Of a stretch of 64,000 nt of DNA, positions 1-14,240 are shown in pieces (position 1 is the first letter of the stretch; the number at the start of each line of letters is the position of its first letter). Origin of the DNA: the human T2T-CHM13v2.0 reference genome, Homo sapiens. A program made the translations under genes and the position numbers. Under the pieces are notes generated by a model. The model was not told the origin of the DNA. It ran no database searches and saw only the letters and a list, made by a program, of their open reading frames with translations. Where the stretch lies: the NCBI RefSeq assembly GCF_009914755.1, contig NC_060926.1. One strand, 5' to 3'.

Positions 1-131
1 TCCACCATGATTGTAAGTTTCCTGAGACCTCTCCAGCCATGCTTAACTGTGAGTCAATTAAGTGTCTTTCCTCTATAAGCTACCCACTCTCCGGTATGTT
101 TTCATTAACAGTGTGAGAATGAACTAATACA
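1..131 (+). mobile_element. 3' end of MaLR LTR (THE1/MST class), truncated by window start
   Basis: ccatgattgtaagtttcctgag...aactgtgagtcaatta...gtgtgagaatgaactaataca is the typical THE1/MST LTR end. Confidence 0.85.
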
Positions 132-1555
132 CCAGCTCAGCTCTCCTGGGTGGTCTGATGACCTGGTGAGTGTCCTCTGGATGGGTCTGGGAGTCTTTCT
201 TCATGGCATCTCTTTTGTTCTCAGTGCCTCTCCTCACAATCTTGACCATACATGTCTTTGTTGCACAATGTGAAAAATGAACTCAACTTTCCCAAGTGGG
301 CATTGGTACAGTTCCTCTTTTCTGTTAACATCTCAAACAGAAATACCAGGAATAAGAAAATCTGGAGGGTTTTGGACTCTTGAATGGGGACTTGATCTCC
401 AAAAGTACAGATAGGCATTCACTAGCTCCAGGGATAATCAAGTTCACAGAGAGTTGGTTTCTGGACCATGAATGTTTGTGAAGGGTGAGTTTTATAGTTA
501 CAAAGGAATTAAGCTATTGATGAAGGATTAATTCTCAAGGGAATGATTAATGCTTAAGTAAATCCATTCCTTAAAGCAAATCATGTCTGCACATTCTTTT
601 ACTCTAGGAAGTCTTGGAACTCCATCCATCAAGGCAGACAAATGTATGAAAAGTGAACTTCTTTGCTAGCTTACCCAAGGTCAGTTTTCTATGAATATGA
701 TATAGATTTGTCAGTACAGGAAGGAGATGCCTTCAGCAATGGAAAATTTGATGGAAAGGTGTTAATTTTAAAATCCAACGATTTAGTCTGGGGAGCTTGC
801 CCACTGAGTTACAAATGGGACCCAGTAAGTTGGGGAGCTGTCTCTCTTTCCCTATTACACAGTGTGTGTGTAACATTAAGAGGTATCAGACAATGTTGAT
901 TCTATACTCACAAGAAGGGAGGTGAGCGATGAAGTTAAAAGTCTTTTGGTATAGTCCATGTTTATGAGAACAATTGGACCATTCTCTTCACACGTTTTTC
1001 AGGAGCATTTGTTGAGCACTGCACTGGACAGAACACTTGACATTTTAAACCACACTCCCACCCCTCTTTAACAAAATCTGTTTTAAAAAGAACCATGAAC
1101 TTTCTATATTTAAACATTGCTAGAAGAAAATATCAATGGCTTACACTTTTACTAATATTTTAATTTCAGACATAGAGGTCTATGCCCATGATGGGCACCA
1201 GTAAATTTTAGGATTTTGCTGTAATTCTTTACTTATCTGTGCTGATAAATGTGTCCATCTACCAGTGTGGAAAGTATTTTCCAGGTGTGATCGTGCATAA
1301 GTTTCCTGACTATGAAATGAAGAAAGCTCCTCGAAGGCAGGGGCTATGGCTTTGTCAGTTTTGTATCTCATTGTCTAGAACATTTGAAAGCATTTTAAAA
1401 AAATTATTATTCAGAGAATAAATGGTTGGCTAATTGAATGACTGGCTCACTAAGTAAATGAAAAGCAACTATTTATCCAAATGCATTATATCATAAAGCC
1501 CCATGCTGTGCCCTCTCATTCATTCTCATTATTAATCAACATTGGAAAAGGCAGC

Positions 1556-1885
1556 CTTATTTACAGATGAAGAAACAAGCCCACTACAGATTACAGGTAA
1601 ATGTGATTGTCAAGAGCTCTCTCTCCTGGCCACATGCCATTATTAGAGATAAGCGGGGACAGGCAGACATCTACAACAACATTACAGCTGCCCTCATGGA
1701 GTTCTGAGGCCATGTGGTTAAGGGCCTCATCTCTCATGCTTACTGGGTTTGAAAACCCTTTTCTTCACTTCCTCTCAAATTCTCAATCTCTTATAGCCAT
1801 TTATTTTTTCTCTGTAAAATGGGGAAAGTGATGTTGGGAGTTTAAGTGAGATACTGCATGTGATGTGTTTAGTGTAATGTCCCCT
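1556..1885. mobile_element. Two MIR fragments (minus then plus)
   Basis: ttacagatgaagaaac (MIR core, minus) and ctgtaaaatgggg...aagtgagatactgcatgtg (MIR core, plus). Confidence 0.6.
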
Positions 1886-4800
1886 AAACTTTAGCTTTCC
1901 ATGCAACATTTGCAAGGAACAATAAGGCATGCAGAGCAGGAGTGCAGAATTGGGCCTGGCCAAGAAGAAGGAGGTAATATTCATTTTTTGTCTGCTACAC
2001 AACCATCTCCTACAGCAAGGAGATGTCCATCTGTTAGATCTCTAGTAAATCACACACAGAGAGACACACAGATATGAAACCAAGTCAAGGGCCAGTAACA
2101 GGACCCCAGAGACAAAGATTCAGTAAGCAGCCTATCAGGGCATGCAGGGGAAGGAAAGAAGATGATGGAATAAAAGGGAGAAAATTCATCAACAGGGTGT
2201 GTCCCTGCCTCTAAAATCTGCATTGGGAGCCTCTGCTGAAGGAGCAACCTGAGAAACTTCACCCAGCCAATGATGGCACAACACACTGGGAGTCAGAATC
2301 CAGGCTGCCTGCCCAGGAATAATGCAAGGACAGGGACCAGCACAGCCCAGGATGGATGGTCTGAGTGGCAGATACTAAAGCAGAGACAGGCAGAGCTGGG
2401 ACTGGGGCTTCTGCTGGGGAAGAGACTCCCTGATCCAGTCGCCTAGAGGCAATAATTGAGATACTGAGTCAGAGAAAAACTGCTAGACTTATTAATAGAC
2501 AGGGTTTAGGACATTAAGATTACAGAGTGCTTCCGCAAAAATGTTAATTTTCTATGTTTAGCAAATCACATAAACACAAAGACACACATATATGAAGAAA
2601 TCACATAAATTTGTGAAAAACTAGATGCAACCTATGATTGAGTGACAAGCAAGTGACATTAGAATATTAGGCACCATTAAATATATCTCTACAAAGAATC
2701 TTCAGAATGTGGGAAAACTGTTGTTGTATAATATTAAGTGAATAAAAATAGAAAAATTATGTACATAGAATCTCATATATACCCATATATACTCGTGTAT
2801 ACATGTATACACACACACACATATATATATAACATGTATGTATACAATTATTTTTCCACTATGCATTGAACACAGACCCCTTTAATAAAATAATACTCTA
2901 AAATAATTGAAAAATCTACAAAAGATATCTAAGCCCAGACACGGAGGGGCATGAGGGGGACATTTGTCCAGGGTTCCTTCTGTGCTATGTATGTGTGGGC
3001 ACACTTTCATATCAAGCCCACACTCAGTAGTTAGAAGAAACAACACACCCTCTAAGAGCAGGGCAGGAATCGGGTTGAATCAACCCATGAGGTACATGGT
3101 CGCCGCTCCTGCTGACAGCTGATTTCCTTGTTTCTTGTGACAGAATGGAAGGCCATGCCTTTTGGGCACCCCAGTCCCGCCCTTTGCCCTGTCCACCCTC
3201 TCTTTCCATCTTACCCAGCTAAGTCCTAGGGCCCCAGGTCCTGGTTAGAAATGGTTTCAGTGCAGTTGGGCAGGGAGAGGTCTGCAAGGCCTCCAGCCTG
3301 TGCAACCTCAGTCATTGCAATTGATGGCAAGATGTCTCCATCATTTGATTGTTTTTCCTTTGGCTTTTTTTTTTCTGTAGAAATTTGTTGTCTAGTTACT
3401 CTAATGAAGTTATGGAAGTATTTGCTGATATTGAGAGGCAGGGCCTTGGCACTGATTTCAAAGTACAGTGTACAGGATATTGTGTCTGAGGTCTTTTTTT
3501 CCTTGTTTCTTATTTTCCCCAAGTGTATCCAATCAAATCGAATTGAACTTATGTCAGGAATGAGTCCCTGCCTTCAGTGCCTTGGATGAGCTGGCAGAAG
3601 CAGTCCACGTGCTGGAAGCTGGCCTTGTCAGTGACCAAACAGCAAGAAGCAGTGACCCATCCTCACATCTTGTGCCACGTGTCACGGAACTCCTGCCTGG
3701 TTATGTTCAGAGCTGGCGCAGAAGCTACTGGGGACTTGACCTGGTAAGAACACCCCAGTGACAGCCCCAAGGAGTTGCTGGAAGCCGAGTGTGGATGCAC
3801 CTGCAAGAGACTGGGAATCCGCAAGTACTGAAGGTGTTGGGCACCCCTTTCCAGGCTGCCTTCCCAAGAATCTCTGCAGGCTCTTCTGTTAAGGAGCTGA
3901 GAAAGAGCTATATATTTTATTTTTAATTAGAAATATTTTTTTACAGCATGTGTGTGATGCTGTGTGAGTGTGTAGATATTTTTCTTACTTCATTTTTTCT
4001 GTATTCTTCAAACTGTCCATAATGGTATAAATTCAACAATAGATAAAAAATAAGTTTATGACATGTGGAATAAGACTCACATGTTACCATTTCCTCACTC
4101 AAAGCCCATAGGTTTACTACAATTTCCCTAAATAGAAAAAAAAGATAGTTTTGCCTCAAAGTTGGCTTATTTGGAATTAAAGTTCATTAATTTCTTGTTA
4201 TTTCTTGTCTTTAAGTCACCTGTGATGTCTTTATTTCCAACCAAATCTCATCCTGAACTTTTTAAAGTAGTCCTATCAGTGTATGTGAAATGAGACCATT
4301 ACGTGAAAGCCGTTGTTCGTGTGCATATGTGTGGTGGGGAAGTAGAGCCTGGGTGAAGAAGAAAGGCAGTCCCGCAGAGACAGGCTCACCGTGAGCAGGG
4401 CTTTCCCTCCATACAACCAGAGCCAAGGGTCATCAACGAGTGACCACTACAAAAAGCAAAGAGCTTCCTGATCTTTAGCTCCAAAAGTCCCTTTTCTGTA
4501 GGAAGAGCCGTCACTGGCTCAATGTGAACTAGTGTTTGCCACTTGGTCAACCAATTCCCATGAAGCCGTTGGACCAGGCTGCATCCCTCACACAGACTGA
4601 GGCCATGTTCCTGCCATACCATACAGGCTGCTTGTTGGATGCAGCACCCCTGCCTACATAGTGCTTGCTCACACCCTCATTAGGTCTTAAAATGTGGTCG
4701 TTTGCAAGGATTGTTTTTATTGATGTCCCTTAGCCAGATTCTCTGGGCTGTATTTCACATAAGTCTCTGTGTGCAGAAGCAGCCTTTGCTTGTTTTGCCC

Positions 4801-6397
4801 TGTGTACTGTGTAACTAAGAGAATGGCCCACAAATTTCAGCCAGAAAAAAAAAATTGGCCAATTAAGACCACTTGATTGAAATGGTTCAATTATGAGAAA
4901 ACCATATTGTAAGTTCACACAGAAAAAAGATTCCATATAAAATGCCCTCTGGTTGAACATTCCACTAAAACATGTTTGAAGCAAGTAATAAATAAACAGA
5001 ATCTCTACTTCAAAAAACTAGAAATAGGAATTAGAAGGAAACAGATAAATGACCCCTTTGTAGAAATGATGCTTTCTCCCCTTTTACATTGACTAATTGA
5101 CAACTATAAGGATCTCTTTTTTCCCCCTTTCCAGAGGGAAGAAAAGATTTGAGTTGGCTCCAATCCCATTAGCACAACTAGCTGGAGATAAGCCATCTGT
5201 CACTGCTGCTGCTGGCTTCAACTGCCACTCTAATTGACAATGAACCCAGAGACCTGTAATAATTGTGGCTGCTCAGTGACTTCGACAGGTAATGCCTTCC
5301 TTTTAGAATCCATCAAGCCCCATCTGTGCCTGCTTGGTGCTTCTCTCCCGGGATGCTGCTCTCTGGGAGCCTGCAGAGCTCTGCCCAGACCAAGGGCTCG
5401 CCTCATTAGGGAGGCTTTGCTGGGGCCCAGGGACGGCAGGCCCACAGTGATATTGAAAACCTCCTACAACTTGTTGTAAGATTTCAATCCTATCGTCAGC
5501 CATTGGCAACATCTGTCATTCAGCCCAACCTGTTTTGGGGAGATTTGCACCAACTGCTTTTGCTTGTCATACTTAAAAAAAAATACTTATTTCCATGATT
5601 TTGTTGTTATTGTTACTGTTGTTGCTTGTTTGGACCAGTGGTTTTGGTAAATTTACTTTAGGGTTTTTTTTTTTCTTTTTAATATCTGGCTTCCTTTAAG
5701 GCAAAGAACAGCATGCACATCTGAGATGGCCTGGAAATAATGGTGAGGTCAGTAAAGATGGTGTAGGCTACAGTGTATTTCATCAGCTGGAATTGCATGC
5801 TGACTTGCAGTGTGGGCAAATACTGCAGAACACAACCTGAATCTCACACACTGGGCTTCATTCCAAGAGCTATTTCTTTTACAATTGATTTTACAGCTTG
5901 AAAACAGTCCCATTTTCTTGGGAAGTGGCACTGTTGTCCCCAGGACTCAGCAATTATAGTCCTGCTGACATTTCCTTCCAAGCTTCTTGGTGAGACAGGA
6001 GTGACATGGTGTGAAGGTCTGTGCCAGGACTCCCATCGTCTGTGACAATGGTGAGCATCCCTGATGGCCGAAGGACTGCTGTAGTTGGCCTGTGGCTTCT
6101 GGATCCTGGTGGGAGAGCCCACTGCCATGCCTTCATTTATTCCAGCTGCCTTCATATGGAAGAAAAAACAAAATCAAAAACCAACAAAATCTGATTGCCC
6201 GTAATGTCTCCTGAGACTACGCTTTGTTCTGTGTGCCTGAAACATTTATTAACAAAGATCCCAACCTGCAGGTTCTCTACTTGTGTCACTGCAGAGAAAT
6301 TTTAGGAGAAGGATGTCTCAGGGGGCCCTCAGGCTGGCAGGCTCCCCAGGTGAGTACATGAAAACAAAGAAACTAAAAGCCAACGGTGGGTTTTGGG

Positions 6398-6551
6398 CCA
6401 TGGTTCTCCAGTAGTACCCATGATAACATACCTGGGAAGCCTGTAAGAGGCACAGTGTCAGCCTCACCTGGACCTATTCAGAGACCCTGGGAGCAGGCAC
6501 AAGAGAATTGTGCCCTTCCCAAGCTCCCTGGGTATGTCCCATGCAGCTAAG
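6398..6551. mobile_element. MER5-like hAT MITE remnant
   Basis: catggttctcc...acctgggaagcctgtaag...gacctattcagagaccctgggagcagg...aagctccctggg resembles MER5A/B. Confidence 0.5.
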
Positions 6552-9500
6552 ATCTACAGAGGAGGTTTTGGAATCAGGGCTATAAGACATACAGGTTAGA
6601 GGTTCAAAAGAAGAAAGCCTAAGGGAGCCGGGGAGGAGAGCAGAGAGGCTGGTGGGCAGGGTCCCACATGCTCTGTACACAGAGGAAGGGGAATTGGAGC
6701 TGAGCATTGGTGCGAGATACGACCTACCTGAGGTTAGGGATGCCGTGGTGTTCTAGTCTAAGCCAATTGACCAGGTGGAAACCAGCCTGATGGACAGAGA
6801 ATAATTAAGGAAGACAGTGTTCTCAGAGCCAAATAAATGAGCAGGGGAGAAACAGGGAATCAGCTCTTAGGAAGTCAGGAGCAGATTCTGTAAGGCGCGC
6901 TGTAGACCTTTACAAAGATTTTGACATTTTTCTGAATTCAACCTGGGGGAATATATCAAGTTCCTACATTATTACAAAGGAGACTTTTTGAAGACCTCAA
7001 AATTTAGCAAAACAAGCAAACAGAAAATGGAAAACAGCTGTCATAGAAGCTGATTAGATACATTAGGTCAAGCTTAATGTGAACATGAGAAAAACGTAGC
7101 TCACGTCTGAGTAAAGGAAAGATTTTGGTTTGGCTATTTTTATTTTTAAAAAATAATAGGAAGGAGAGGTAAAATTTTAGACTTAGAAAAACCCTTTGAG
7201 GTTATATGGTAAACTTTGTATTTCTTATTGATGTGTTTGTTGTTTGTTTGTAATCAATATTCAGGAAACTGACATGATTTATTTAAGGTCAAACATCAAA
7301 TTGAGCTTGGCCAGAAACCAGCGCTCCTGGTTAGAGACGTCTCTTTCCAGCAAAGCTGGCTCTGCTCTTTGCTTATTTTTTTTTTCAGTTGCAAATAATC
7401 TGTAAATTAAGCTCACAATCAATCTTTGCACCAGTGAAAGCTCTTCATCTTCTTTCATCTTGCCATTTTGCAGTGCTACATCCAGATGCCAAGCTCTGGC
7501 CTCAAAGGCCAGATTCCAGCATTTAGGATGGAGAGACAACCCTGATGATCTCCTCTTTCCATGAGAACACAATTCCTCAAAATTGTCTTTTCTAAGTCTT
7601 TGATAAGTTAACTGTCAAAATCTTGGAGCTGAAACACCATCTCTGACCATTTGGGGATAATTTCCTCTTTATTACTCCTCTTTTAGGTTGTACCCCCTTA
7701 TTTCATGCTACTTACTTCTCACTCCAGGGTATTCCCACTCTTGTGGTATGTTCAAGTTACAATCTTCTCCCGCAGCCAGAGGTAGAGTCAAGCTGAGAGT
7801 TGCTCTGGTCCTGACAATGTGTTTTCTCTCCTTTAAGCCAATTCTTCCATCTCCTTAATCATTAACTTTATAGTTTGAACCTTTTCCAATTTGTCCACAT
7901 TTTCAGAAAAGCAAAAGCAATACAGTACTCTAAAAATAAACCAAGCTTTCTGTGTCTTAAACTTTGTGTAATCTGCACAATTAAAAATTGATGTTTGTAG
8001 TTTTATTGTCTCCTGCTCTCTCTGATGCCTACATTCCTTAGACCCTTTTACCTTTTTACTTGTATGCACGCATACATTTAAATTACTTATCTATTCATGT
8101 AACAGGAATGCCTGAACACAGCTTATATAAACAACTCTTTCTCAGGACAGTCTTTCAGGGGATGAAAGCAAGACACATTTTTCTACTGGCTCCAGCCTCT
8201 CACTGGTCAAACATCTGCCTCGTGGGTGTTCATGCTTCATGATGGAAGTGTGAAGTGGACGTTGTCCAGTTGTGCCTGTGTGACATTGGTCTGAGCAAGA
8301 GCTGGGACAAATGGCTACAGCTTGCAGATGGACGAGCCTGAGGGGGTACAAACCATCTCATGCAGGTATAGTGCAGCCTGAGGGAGGAAACAGAGACAAA
8401 ACATTAAGTACTTCCATAGATACATGCACGAAGTAGTATGAGAAAACCTCAAGGAGACACCGAATTCAGTCTTGAGGGGTCAAGGAGGAGTTCCCTGTTG
8501 AAGCCAAATTTAGATAGTGATGTGTATGAGCCTGCATAGGTAAAGAGGAGAGAAAGATGGAAAGAAAGATGAGGGAGGTCAGGAGAGACAACGGGACTCT
8601 GCAAGGAAGCGGCTGTTCAAGGGCCCGAGGCACCAGAGGCTATGCAATGTTTAGTATTTTTTTCATGGCTTGAAAATCTTCATGATATCAATAAAGGATT
8701 CCCAGATGGATCAAGTCAATTGTCCTTTCTGGTTCCCAAGTTTTACTTGACCTCATTAAGCATGCCAATTCTTATTTAACTCGTAAGCATCACTGTAGTG
8801 AACATTTTTCTTAATGTATTTAGTCCCTGAGATCAAAGGTATAATTAACAGTTCTTTCCTGTTTCTCTGCCTTCTGATCTATAAAATGAAAAATAACCCA
8901 ATTCTAAAAGGTAGAACTGGTTCTCCAGGTGAGAAACCGACCTCTTTTCAGCCTCTTAATCCCCCTACAGAGCATGTAACCTGGCCGTGTCTCAGCTTCA
9001 GGTGGGAGAAACTTGGGAAGACCCTTAACTGCCGTTTCCTGGGCTTGCTCCTGCTGGTGCATTTTCCTGTGCTGCTTCTTATGCCCAGTGCCTTCATGCA
9101 CCTGTCCTTCCATCACTTGTCCATACCTCTCAGGTAACAAGTTTAATAATTTCAGCCATCATTACATCTTAAGGTGAAGGCATTCAAACTCAAATTTGTT
9201 TCTATTTCCAGCAATTTCAAGCACCAGTAAGAAGAAGCAGTGTCACCCAGGTGAAAGTCTGAATCACCCCACCTCAGGCTGACCACAGGAAAACAGAGAA
9301 TGGCAATGGATCTATTTTGGGTGCTTCCTGAATGAAGTATATGGGCCAGCTGTAAGCTTTTTCTTAATTTAATTATCATTTTCCACACATATTCATTTGC
9401 AAACTCCTCTTCTAAACCCAAATCTCCTTTGTTTCTCAGCACTGGTTGACTTTTTAAAGCGGATGTCTTTGAAATGCACTAATGTCCAAAGATAAATGTG

Positions 9501-10473
9501 TTGCCTCAAGCACCACTTCAGGGTTGTCAGCCCCAGGTACAATTTGCCCTTTCACTGAAGAATCAATGACCACTTACATTTGTTTACCATTTTAAATTTG
9601 TGTGCAAGTCTGTATAAATATGGCTTCAGGTTGTATTGTTGCCTATTTTCACAAGATAGAAATATTGTGAATATATTCCCATACTTTTAATATTCTTTAT
9701 TATAATATTAATGATTATATAATTCCATATTCTATCACATGCCTACATTATAATTTATTTAAATAATTCCTTATTGTGCTTCATTCCATTCAGTTTGTTT
9801 TCAATGCTTCATGGGTGCACTGAACATTTTAGCATATAAATATTTGCCTTTATATCTGAATAATTGTTTACAAAATAACTTTAACAATTCATGTTGTGAT
9901 ACAAATTTCCTAGGATGAGTCATCAGGAAGATCATTAAGGAAGATTTTAATATAAGAAGACTTTATTGGATATCTGTGATTTGCAGAACACTGTTGAGAA
10001 ACAAACAACACACAGAATGCAAGCTTGCCTTTAAAAATGTGTATCCTAATTAGGGAAATAATTATGTTTCCATGTATATCATATGTACACACACACATAC
10101 ACATAGGTATGTATGATCATCTCATGTATGTCATATATGTGTATTTGTGTGTATAGATATACTTTTTTTTGTTAGAATAACTACATCAATGTGAACCAAA
10201 AAACTCACAATGGCAGAAGAGGCCTCTGAGTCTGTTTCTTATCTATTTCTGAGCATCACTAGGCACCTCTCTCCTGTGTAATTCATATGACAACAACGTA
10301 CACTATGACATGTGTTTATTTTACCAAATGTTGTTCTTTCATTTGTCTTGAATACGCTGAATTCCCCTGCTCACCTGAACAACTGTATTCATCTCCCAAA
10401 ACCTGTCTCTTGATTCTGGGTAAAGATTTTGCTTATTGAGTCACTTCAGGTTAGTGTCCAGTCTTTTGGATTC

Positions 10474-10837
10474 TGATATAGTGTGGGTGTGTCCCCACCC
10501 AAATCTCATCTTGAATCGTAGTTCCCATAATTCCCATGTGTTGCGGAAGGGACTTCCTGGAAGGTAATCAAATCACGGGGGTGGGTCTTTCCCGTGCTGT
10601 TCTTGCGATAGTGAATAAGTCTCACAAGATCTGATGCTTTTATAAAGGGTAGTTCCCTTGCACACGCTTTCTTGCCTGCCACCATGTAAATTGTGCCCTT
10701 GTTCCTCCTTCATCTCCTGCCATGATTGTGAGGCCTCCCCAGCCACGTGCAACTGTGAGTCCATTAAATCTCTTTCCTTTATAAATTACCCAGTCTCAGG
10801 TATGTCTTCATTAGCAGCATGAGAACAGACTAACACA
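10474..10837 (+). mobile_element. THE1B solo LTR (364 bp)
   Basis: tgatatagtgtgggtgtgtccccacccaaatctcatcttgaa...gagaacagactaacaca; 5-bp TSD GATTC at 10469-10473 and 10838-10842. Confidence 0.9.
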
Positions 10838-10898
10838 GATTCCCTCAGCCACACTGGAAGAAGAAGTGTCTTGGGCCACACATAAAATACACTAACAA

Positions 10899-11210
<312 letters not shown>

Positions 11211-11379
11211 TAAAATATGCTAACACAAATGATAGCCAAAAAAAAAAAATGAGCTAAAAAAAAAAAAGTGCCTGCATAAATCTCATGATGTTTTAAGAAA
11301 GTGTACGAATTTGTGTTGGGCCACATTCAAAGCTGTCCTGGGCCACATGTGGCCAAGGGCCTCAGGTTGGGGAAGCTTG

Positions 11380-11768
11380 AAGGGATTTTAATGTTAATGA
11401 GTGTGGATAAATTCAGCAGGGATCAATAAATTTGAATGGAAAAGAATACTTTTTTAATGTTAACTAGCTTCCAAAGTGAAATTTAGCAGTAATTATAGCC
11501 AACAGAATACAGGAGTGTACAGGATCTGGAGACACGGTCCACAGTATGGATAAGAGATATTTTTATACCATGTTAAAACTGTTACACATATCCAAGATAA
11601 TATTTCCATCTTCAAAATGTTTGTGGTTATTTAAGCTGCTACTAAATTTCATTCATGAATTATATGATTCCTTACTTTAAAATCTCATGTTACTAATTTT
11701 TTAAAAAATATTTTGATACTGGTATTTTAATATAATATAATTGGTTTCCTTGGAGATCCTATTATGTG

Positions 11769-11805
<37 letters not shown>

Positions 11806-11878
11806 GTGTCTATCCTAAGAAACTCAAGTTTCCCAGTTGCCTTTGTAAATCCAAGGCACACAAGGCTACAAGCACCTG
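11380..11878. mobile_element. Charlie4a-like hAT DNA transposon fossil
   Basis: ggataaattcag...gtgaaatttagc...tattttgatactggtattttaatataatataattggtttccttgg match the recalled Charlie4a consensus. Confidence 0.6.
11765..11809 (+). repeat. Interrupted (TG)n microsatellite
   Basis: Direct reading. Confidence 0.95.
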
Positions 11879-11984
11879 GACCCTAACTAGCCTTGCTTAC
11901 GCCGCCGCCTCCTGTATCCCTTTCTCGTGGTGACAGGCCTCTAGTGCTACCCAGAGTGAGCTTTGGCTTTACTGCGGCTGTGAC

Positions 11985-12105
11985 TGGCCTCCCTGTCAGA
12001 TTTTAATATTCTTAAGGGCAGAGAGACATCTCCATTTTGTATCTCTGGCTCACAGTTCAGAGTGAAACATGAATTAATCATTTAATAAATGTTTATTGAA
12101 CTAAG
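11985..12105 (+). mobile_element. L2 3' end
   Basis: cttaagggcagagagacatc...ttaataaatgtttattgaac. Confidence 0.6.
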
Positions 12106-14094
12106 CCAAATGGAAGCAAATCTTCAGGAAAGGCTTTGAAGTGAGATGGGATTTATCATGGGCCTTGAAAACAGGCAGGATTTGCATTGGCACGGAGCAC
12201 AGAAAGCAAGCTGGAAATTGCTCTGTGAAGACTCTAGTGATGGCATGAATGAGGTCGAGGGGGATGGGCTGGGCTAACAATGTGCGTCCTCCAATCCTGT
12301 AATTTTGGCCAAGGGTGGTAAAAGGAAATTGGCCTGTTGTGAATGCCCATGAGTATGGATGGGCACCTCAGTCCCCACATTAGCAGCTAACTTCAAAATC
12401 CTTTTCAGCTTTGTATCTTTTTGAAAGGACAAATAAGTAATGTCAGTAATAGATTTTTAAAAATCAGAAAATTGCCCATAATTTTCACCTACAAAAGCAC
12501 CACTGAAATAGGCTCTATGAATAATTGTTGTCATGAAAATTGTTAGTCTTAAGCAATTATTGGGGAAAAGCTGAGTTAAGATATTGAAACAAGATTCTAT
12601 ATACTGAAAGTCTCTAAGTCTTTACACTAAGGTTTATTGTACCATGAGAGGGAAAATGTGCACGGCCTCACTCAAGTTTACTTGGATTTTGGGAACATTT
12701 TTATCCCTGGGCATCTCTCCAAGCTAGTGTCTCTTAGAATATATTTTAGGCAATGTCTGCCTTTACCTACATTTTTCCCTATTTCAACATGCAAAATCTA
12801 GAGGTGTGTATTTATAGAATGGTGATCATTGCGGAGCCTTGGAAAATGAGAACAGGTTAAAAGCACTCTGAGCTGTCTCTACTCAATTTACATCATGCGA
12901 GTGTAGTTTCTCACTAAGGTCTCCTATCAATACTTCCTAACATGTCTTATAGAAATTTTCAAATAAAATTTTGGAAATGAAATGGCTAACAATTGGGAAA
13001 ATATCGTAGCCATTGCTTGCAGAAGAGTATCTGACTTCTGGTTCTTCATAGGTTATTAGTGAGGGAGGATCACAGCTCACCTCAATGGAGGCAGTAGCAA
13101 GATTTTGTTGGAGGTCCCCCATCAGGATTACTTGATCTTTAAAGAGATGCAGATGGGAAGGAAAAGGTGAGCTTTGAGTACAAAGCACAGAGATCAGATT
13201 GCTGGTTATTAAGAAGATTATCTTCTAACTCCCCCTTTTCCTGGAATATAATTATAAGTTACTTACCAAATAATTGTTATTGTTGTTTTAACATGGCAAT
13301 CACGTTATTTGCCATATGTGAAAAAGAATATTTAAAATGCTTTTTAAAACTATGTATGTAAAAGAATGTTTAAATTGTTTTAAAAATATGTTATATCTAC
13401 CTTGGCACCATCCTTGCTGTTGAGAAATGACTTTTACCTGCTTACTTAGAAGGAAATGTCAGAAGCAGAAGTACATTTGAATACGATTATTTGAAAGCTT
13501 CATCCATTTTTCAAAGAATGTATACAGTAACACTAAATAGAAAGCATAGTTTATCAACTCTTCACTAAGAACAGTCTAGCAAGTATATCAGAGTGGCTGT
13601 GGTTCCAGTTGGACTAACCTAATCATTTATGAAAAGGTGATAATAAGCTTGGACCAAGAGCACCCAACAGAAATAGATTTAAGAGATTTTAATAGCTTTC
13701 ATTAAAAAAAATCCAAATTAGCCTTCAGGTCCATAGCAAATGTTGTCCTTACCCCTATATTTGTATTAACAAAAACAGAAACAAAATCAAGGAAAGCAGG
13801 ACAGCCATACCCTAGCTACTATCCATATGGCTCACACTTTGATTCCTCCCGCGACCCCCAACCACACACATGCAGATGCTGAGAGGCCTGGGATTTACAC
13901 ATTTTACCCCAACTCTCTTAGACTTACTCACTCTCCACCTCATTCTCTTCCACCTTCTTCCTCAGTACTCTTTCTACCATTTATGCTTTCTCTTAACTCC
14001 GTTTGAATGAATATATGATTCTGTTTCCTCCAGGCCTGTGCTCCATGCTCCACTCTGATCTAAGGCTCAGCATTGCAGAGAAATCTCTAATGCA

Positions 14095-14240
14095 TCTGGG
14101 GTTTGATTCTGGCTTCTCTGCTAAGCAGCCATGTGACTTCAAACAATTCTCTCCAACTCACCGAATTTCACTTTCATGACCCCTGAAGTTGGGACAATAA
14201 GTACCTTCGAGGATTGTTGTGGAATTCAATGAAATGATTT
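14095..14240 (+). mobile_element. MIR
   Basis: ctggggtttgattctggct...catgtgacttcaaacaa...gaggattgttgtggaattcaatga. Confidence 0.6.

Noticed and set aside
3072-3086. Palindrome GGGTTGA-A-TCAACCC
   Set aside because: 7-bp arms are expected several times by chance in 64 kb.
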